Notes under the pieces: model-generated
Database searches by the model: none
What the model was told of the DNA's origin: nothing
What the model saw: the letters and a program-made list of their open reading frames with translations, nothing else
Made by a program: the position numbers and the translations under genes
Source: Hormiphora californensis
Lineage: Eukaryota > Animalia > Ctenophora
Direction: 5' to 3'
Assembly (NCBI GenBank): GCA_020137815.1
Contig: CM035360.1
Location: 6,448,001 to 6,512,000, forward strand
Length of the DNA stretch: 64,000 bases
Shown here: positions 59,291-64,000 of the stretch, piece by piece
How positions within the stretch are numbered: the first letter of the stretch is position 1
Layout of the letters: each line of letters starts with the position of its first letter

Positions 59291-59686
59291 TTAGCTGACC
59301 TAGCACTACTCAAAGGTCAATTGTGGCCTCATTTCGCATCGTGATGAATCGGCGGGTATTTTCCCATACTCACAAGGCCATGACGATTCCCCCAGCACCC
59401 GCAGATTGTCCCAGGACTGAGTAGGAGCTTGCAGCCAGGTCTTTAAAGAATTGCTCATGTTTAGTGTCAATTTTGACCCACTATTCCTCAAATGCTGATA
59501 TTCGCGGGTATTTTCCGTAAAACTAGAGACAATTATCTGCCAGGAGCAACAAACGAGATTCAAATCGGTTCAGTAGTTCCTTGTAGCCAGGTCTTTGAAA
59601 AAGTTTGCTCTAAAATCAATAACGCGCCGGAGGCCTAGATGTGAGATCGATCTCACTCAGGCATCAATGTGGCCAAACATTTTCTA

Positions 59687-59837
59687 AAGTCGGATTTTTT
59701 GAAGTTGTCACCCCAAAATGACCGCGCATGTGAAATTTATCAATTTTGACGCGCACACCACACGTTAACATGTGATGTGACGCGCAAAAACATTCCACGC
59801 ACGAAAAGGGGGGTGACAACTTCAAAAAATCCGACTT
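59687..59837. mobile_element. Short MITE, same TIR family as 31449-31711
   Basis: TA|AAGTCGGATTTTTTGAAGTTGTCACCCC ... GGGGTGACAACTTCAAAAAATCCGACTT|TA. Confidence 0.85.
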
Positions 59838-59889
59838 TACGCGTCAGTAACTCATAAGTTGGTTCCAACATTGTCTATTTTATTTATTA

Positions 59890-62800
59890 CACACTTGGAG
59901 GAAAAAGGATGCGACATTTGCTTGGTACAGGAGACTTACCTGAAACATAGTGACACAGCCAAACTGCAGGAGATCAGAGACTACGGATGGAATATCTTCT
60001 CCTCGCCTAGAGCGGAACGTTCAGGAGGTGGAATTGGAATCTTGTACAGGGATGGTATCAAGTTGAAGTACACTCCGGTGAAAGCCAAGTTTAAGTCGTT
60101 TCAAGTCCAAGAAGCCCTTATTGGAGGGGGACAAGATGTAACGAGGCTGTGCAATGTCTATAGACCTCCGTACACTGGCAAGGCACGGTTTACGGAAGCG
60201 CAGTTCTTGGAAGAGTTTACAGATTATCTGTCAGAATTGGTCTGCAAAACGGGGAACCCTATCCTGATGGGTGATTTTAACTTCCAGGTTCATGAAACTC
60301 AGAACTTCTATGCAAAGAAGTTGCTTGGACTTCTTGACTCTCTTGGATTCGAACAGAGGGTCCCACTACAACCTACTCATGTTCGTGGTGGTACTCTGGA
60401 TCTCCTACTCTGTCAGAAAGACAGACATTCTAAGGTTCAATCGGTGGAAATTTTTCCAGATGGAACGACCTCGGATCATTTCCTTGTTTTAGCAGAGCTG
60501 TGTATTGAAACTATGGGAAGTGAATACAGGACTCGTGAAAAGGTGGATACTTACAGGGACTTCAAGGCTGTGGATATTGATCTACTTCGGTGTGCTTTTA
60601 GGAGTGTGGATTGGAGTGAGGCGATGGAATCTGGATCAGCTGAGGAGGTTTTGTGTATTTATATGAGGAAACTTGAGGAACTTGTGGATAGGACTGTCCC
60701 GTTGAAGAGGAGAAAGAAGAGAGGAGCTAAGCTGAGGCCATGGAGAGATAATCCAGAGGTGCGTCAAGTTCTTCGTCAGCGGCGGAATGCTGAGCGAGCC
60801 TGGGAGAACAATAAAACCAGCGTCACGAAGAAGCAGTTCAATGAACTCAAGAGGCAGTTTGGGCGTGTTGACAAGGAAGCGAGGACGAACTACGTCAAGG
60901 AAGACTTGGAGGAGTCCAGAGATGACCCCAAAGCACTTCAAAGGAAATTGAACCGTCTACTTGGTAATACTGAGACCTTTATGCCTGAAACCACAGATAA
61001 GCGGAGGTTAGCGGATGACTTTGCGGACTTCTTTGTTGGGAAAGTTGATAAGATTCGGTCTACTGTTATGGGAGGGAAGAACCTGAGGACTAAGAGGAAC
61101 CCTATTCATCAGACACCCGTCTGTTGTTTTGAGGAATTCGAGGAAGTTTCCCCAGAGAAACTAAAGAGGATGGTCAAAGACATGCCGGACAAGACATGTG
61201 ATCTCGACCCTATACCAACATGGTTAGTGAAGGGTTGTGTGCATGAGCTAACTCCAGTCTTATGTAGGTTTATAAACCTATCTCTTGGATGTTCCAGTGT
61301 TCCTGAACTTCTCCAGCAAGCTTTGGTGTTTCCAACGATTAAGAACCCTCATGGCGATAAGGACGCTCTGTCCAATTATCGACCAGTCTCCAACCTATCT
61401 TTTGTCTCCAAGCTTCTTGAAAAGATAGTCCTAGAGCAGCTCAACTCGTATCTTAATGAGAACGAGTTACTGAATAAGCATCAATCAGGTTATAGGGTAG
61501 GTCATAGCTGTGAAACCCTACTGATGGGTATGTTTGACGATCTCCTACGGGATCTGGATGAAGGAATGGTCACTGGCCTCTTTCTGTTAGATATGAGCGC
61601 CGCCTTTGATACAGTCGACCATGGAAAGCTGCTAGATGTTCTCGAAGGACGGTTTGGAGTGAAGGGTTCTGTCTTGGATTGGTTCGCCAACTATCTACAA
61701 AGGAGGACTTATCGTGTAAACGTGGAAGGGGATCTCTCGAGGATCGTCTCTCTGATTTGTGGAGTTCCGCAGGGTTCACTGCTTGGACCTGTACTGTTTT
61801 TACTGTATGTGGAGGAACTGCAGGATTTGGTTAAACCCTATGGCTTGCGGATTAAGCTATATGCTGATGATTCGCAGCTATACATTAGCCTGGTACCGAC
61901 TGATGAGGATAATTGGAAGATTGCAAAAGAGAGGATTGAAGAATGTTTGTCAAGTGTGAAAGCTTGGATGAGTGAGCACTGGCTACAGTGCAACGAGGCA
62001 AAGACTGAATTCCTGCTGCTAGGCAAAAACAGTGCCCTGGATAAGATGGTATATCGGCCCACTGTGGACTTTGGTGGAGTGGAGATAAGCCCAGTGGACT
62101 TTACGGGGAGTACAGGGAAAACACTAGGAGTGTTCCTTGATAGCAACCTCTCTATGGAGAGGCAAATCAACAGGTGTTAAGAGGCAATGCGGTTTGTTGT
62201 TGAAGAATCTATGGCAGGTAAACCGGTGTCTAGATAGATCGACGAAGATACTCCTTGTTAAGCAGCTCATCATTTCAAGACTGGATTATTGTAATATCCT
62301 TTACCATGGCTTACCTAAGAAGCTTCTCAACAGCCTTCAGAGAGTCTTGAACTCGTGTGTCAGATTTGTTTATGGCCTATACGGTCACCAAGACACCTAC
62401 ATGCCATACTTGAAAGAATTGCATATTCTTCCTGTGGAACAACGAGTCACGTTCAAAGCATGCCTTATGGCGTACAAGATTGTACATGGATTGGCCCCTG
62501 GCTACCTGCAAGATCAGGTCCCTGTTGATGATGGACTTCATGTGATCCGTGCTACTAGAGGAAATGCTTGGCCTGATGGCCTCAAGCTGAAGTACCCTAA
62601 GCTATCAAGTGTCAATGCGACTTCCAAGTTGAGAAGAAGACGTCCGTCGGTTTACCTGCCTGAAGTCTGGAATAAGCTTCCCCTTGATCTGAGAGCTGTT
62701 GAGTCTGTGGAATCTTTTAAGTCTAAGCTCAAGACTAGTCTTTTCACTGAGGCATTTGGTGAGACTGGACTGTCCTGTTAAGACTCTCCTTCTTGCTGAG

Positions 62801-63193
62801 GTATGTGCTCTAGCTGGTACCCGTTTTTAATTATTTTTCTGTAATTGAGCTCGTGGCGAGCAGAAGTGTGAAGCATAAGCTGGATTTTTTCATAGCACGA
62901 GTGTTTTTCTGTGTTTCCAATCTACGGACTTTTATATCAATCTTTTTAGAGTTCCAGGACTCTAACTCAGTCTGTTATGTAATCAGTCACCGATAGTTAT
63001 GTGAGCCGATAGTAATGTGAGCCGGTGTTTTTTCTTTATTAATTTTTGTTCTATTAGGGATAAGTTGTCAAGGTCTTACTAGTATATTAACCGTTCAGAT
63101 TATCCTTCAGTGACAGCAGCAGTTTCACTGCTCTGTCCCTGTCGGATATGGGCGGAATATAAACATAGTTATTATTATTATTATTATTATTAT
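59890..63193 (+). mobile_element. 5'-truncated L2/CR1-group LINE (APE + RT) with (TAT)n tail
   Basis: ORFs 59859-62180 and 62137-62781 (one +1 break): LVQETYL, MGDFN, TLDL, SDH; YRPVSNL, LDMSAAFDTVDH, GVPQGSLLGP, YADD; LHILPV..APGYL, WNKLP..FKSKLKT. Tail 63169-63193. ORF1 and the APE start are missing. Confidence 0.93.
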
Positions 63194-63227
63194 TTTGTTG
63201 CACTGAAGATAGCAATTGATACTACCC

Positions 63228-63267
63228 TTCAAACTTTTCAACACTACTTTAAACAAATTAATTTGAG
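63228..63267 (+). other. Genome-encoded copy (relic) of the ctenophore spliced-leader exon
   Basis: TTCAAACTTTTCAACACTACTTTAAACAAATTAATTTGAG matches the Pleurobrachia/Hormiphora SL as I recall it. It is followed by CTATG, not GT. Confidence 0.8.
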
Positions 63268-63345
63268 CTATGTCCGATGATGCAGGAATAGTGGAGAAAG
63301 TGTTAGTAACTAACTAAAATTCCCGTTTATTTAGTTACAGCCAAC

Positions 63346-64000
63346 ATGGCTCTTGCAACATTAAACTACGGATGTGGATCACTTGAAAGTCCAACTATTT
63401 GGATAAACGAGGACATTGCTGCCAGTCCCCCACTGGAACTACCATCCTATCTAAAGGATCGAATTGAAAGCAGAAAAAGACGCATATGGTGAGTCTCATT
63501 TTATTTGCAATATCTTCCAACTATTACATTTCTCTTTCCACAGGGAGTCGAAGATAGCCAATATTTCTATGGCTGATGCTAAGAGGAAGGCCCTTATTAA
63601 TGGGAGGGTGAGAAGACTTTCTGATCAGGCAGATCACGTGAAGCGGACTGTTAAGGAGAATCAGGAGCAACAGAAACAACAGGCTCAGATAACCATTCAG
63701 CGGATGAAGAAAAGACTCTCCAAGGCGGAGTGCAAGCGAACTCGCCGCCTTAACTCTATATCAGTCAGGTATGAAAACGAAAATCATCACTAACAAGATT
63801 ATTTGGTAACAACTACCGTTTGTTATCCTTAACAAGTATACTAGTTGTTAGTGAGGTAGTAGACACCATCGGCTGTACAGTTGTACCTTGTTTATATTGA
63901 GTGGTGTTTTGTGTTTAGGTGCAAGCAGAAGGTTGCCGATGCCAAGATGAGACGACTAGAGAACATTCAGCGTCTCCAGCAGCAGCAGGAGGAGAGACTG
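63346..64000 (+). CDS. Multi-exon charged coiled-coil protein, runs off the window
   Basis: Exons 63346-63488, 63544-63768 and 63919 onward join in frame (phase 2 both times). A..KR repeats. The start may instead be ATG 63270. Confidence 0.7.

Noticed and set aside
63228-63340. Functional SL RNA gene
   Set aside because: The leader is followed by CT rather than the obligatory GT donor.

Overview
Gene-dense animal genomic DNA with short spliceosomal introns, most likely a pleurobrachiid ctenophore (Pleurobrachia/Hormiphora type), inferred from a 40-nt match at 63228-63267 to the ctenophore spliced leader (SL) as I recall it. Left part: five tightly packed minus-strand genes (HhH-glycosylase-like, NSMCE1, a C2H2 zinc finger gene, THOC2, TOPBP1) that look like one SL-resolved polycistronic unit. 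Centre: a CCDC60/DUF4698-like gene (22690-44251, +) whose exons only join up across an 18.9-kb intron (24512-43374). That intron holds about eight same-strand nested genes, each preceded by an unpaired splice acceptor, including a four-member unrecognised coiled-coil family plus a chimeric, MITE-disrupted duplicate. Right part: NUP153 (-), two divergent LINEs around a probable bidirectional promoter, and a genome-encoded SL relic in front of a coiled-coil gene. Six kinds of non-autonomous DNA transposon are resolved with target-site duplications. The many +1 frameshifts, found even in NUP153, are best explained as insertion errors in the assembly. Family assignments come from recalled motifs, not database searches.
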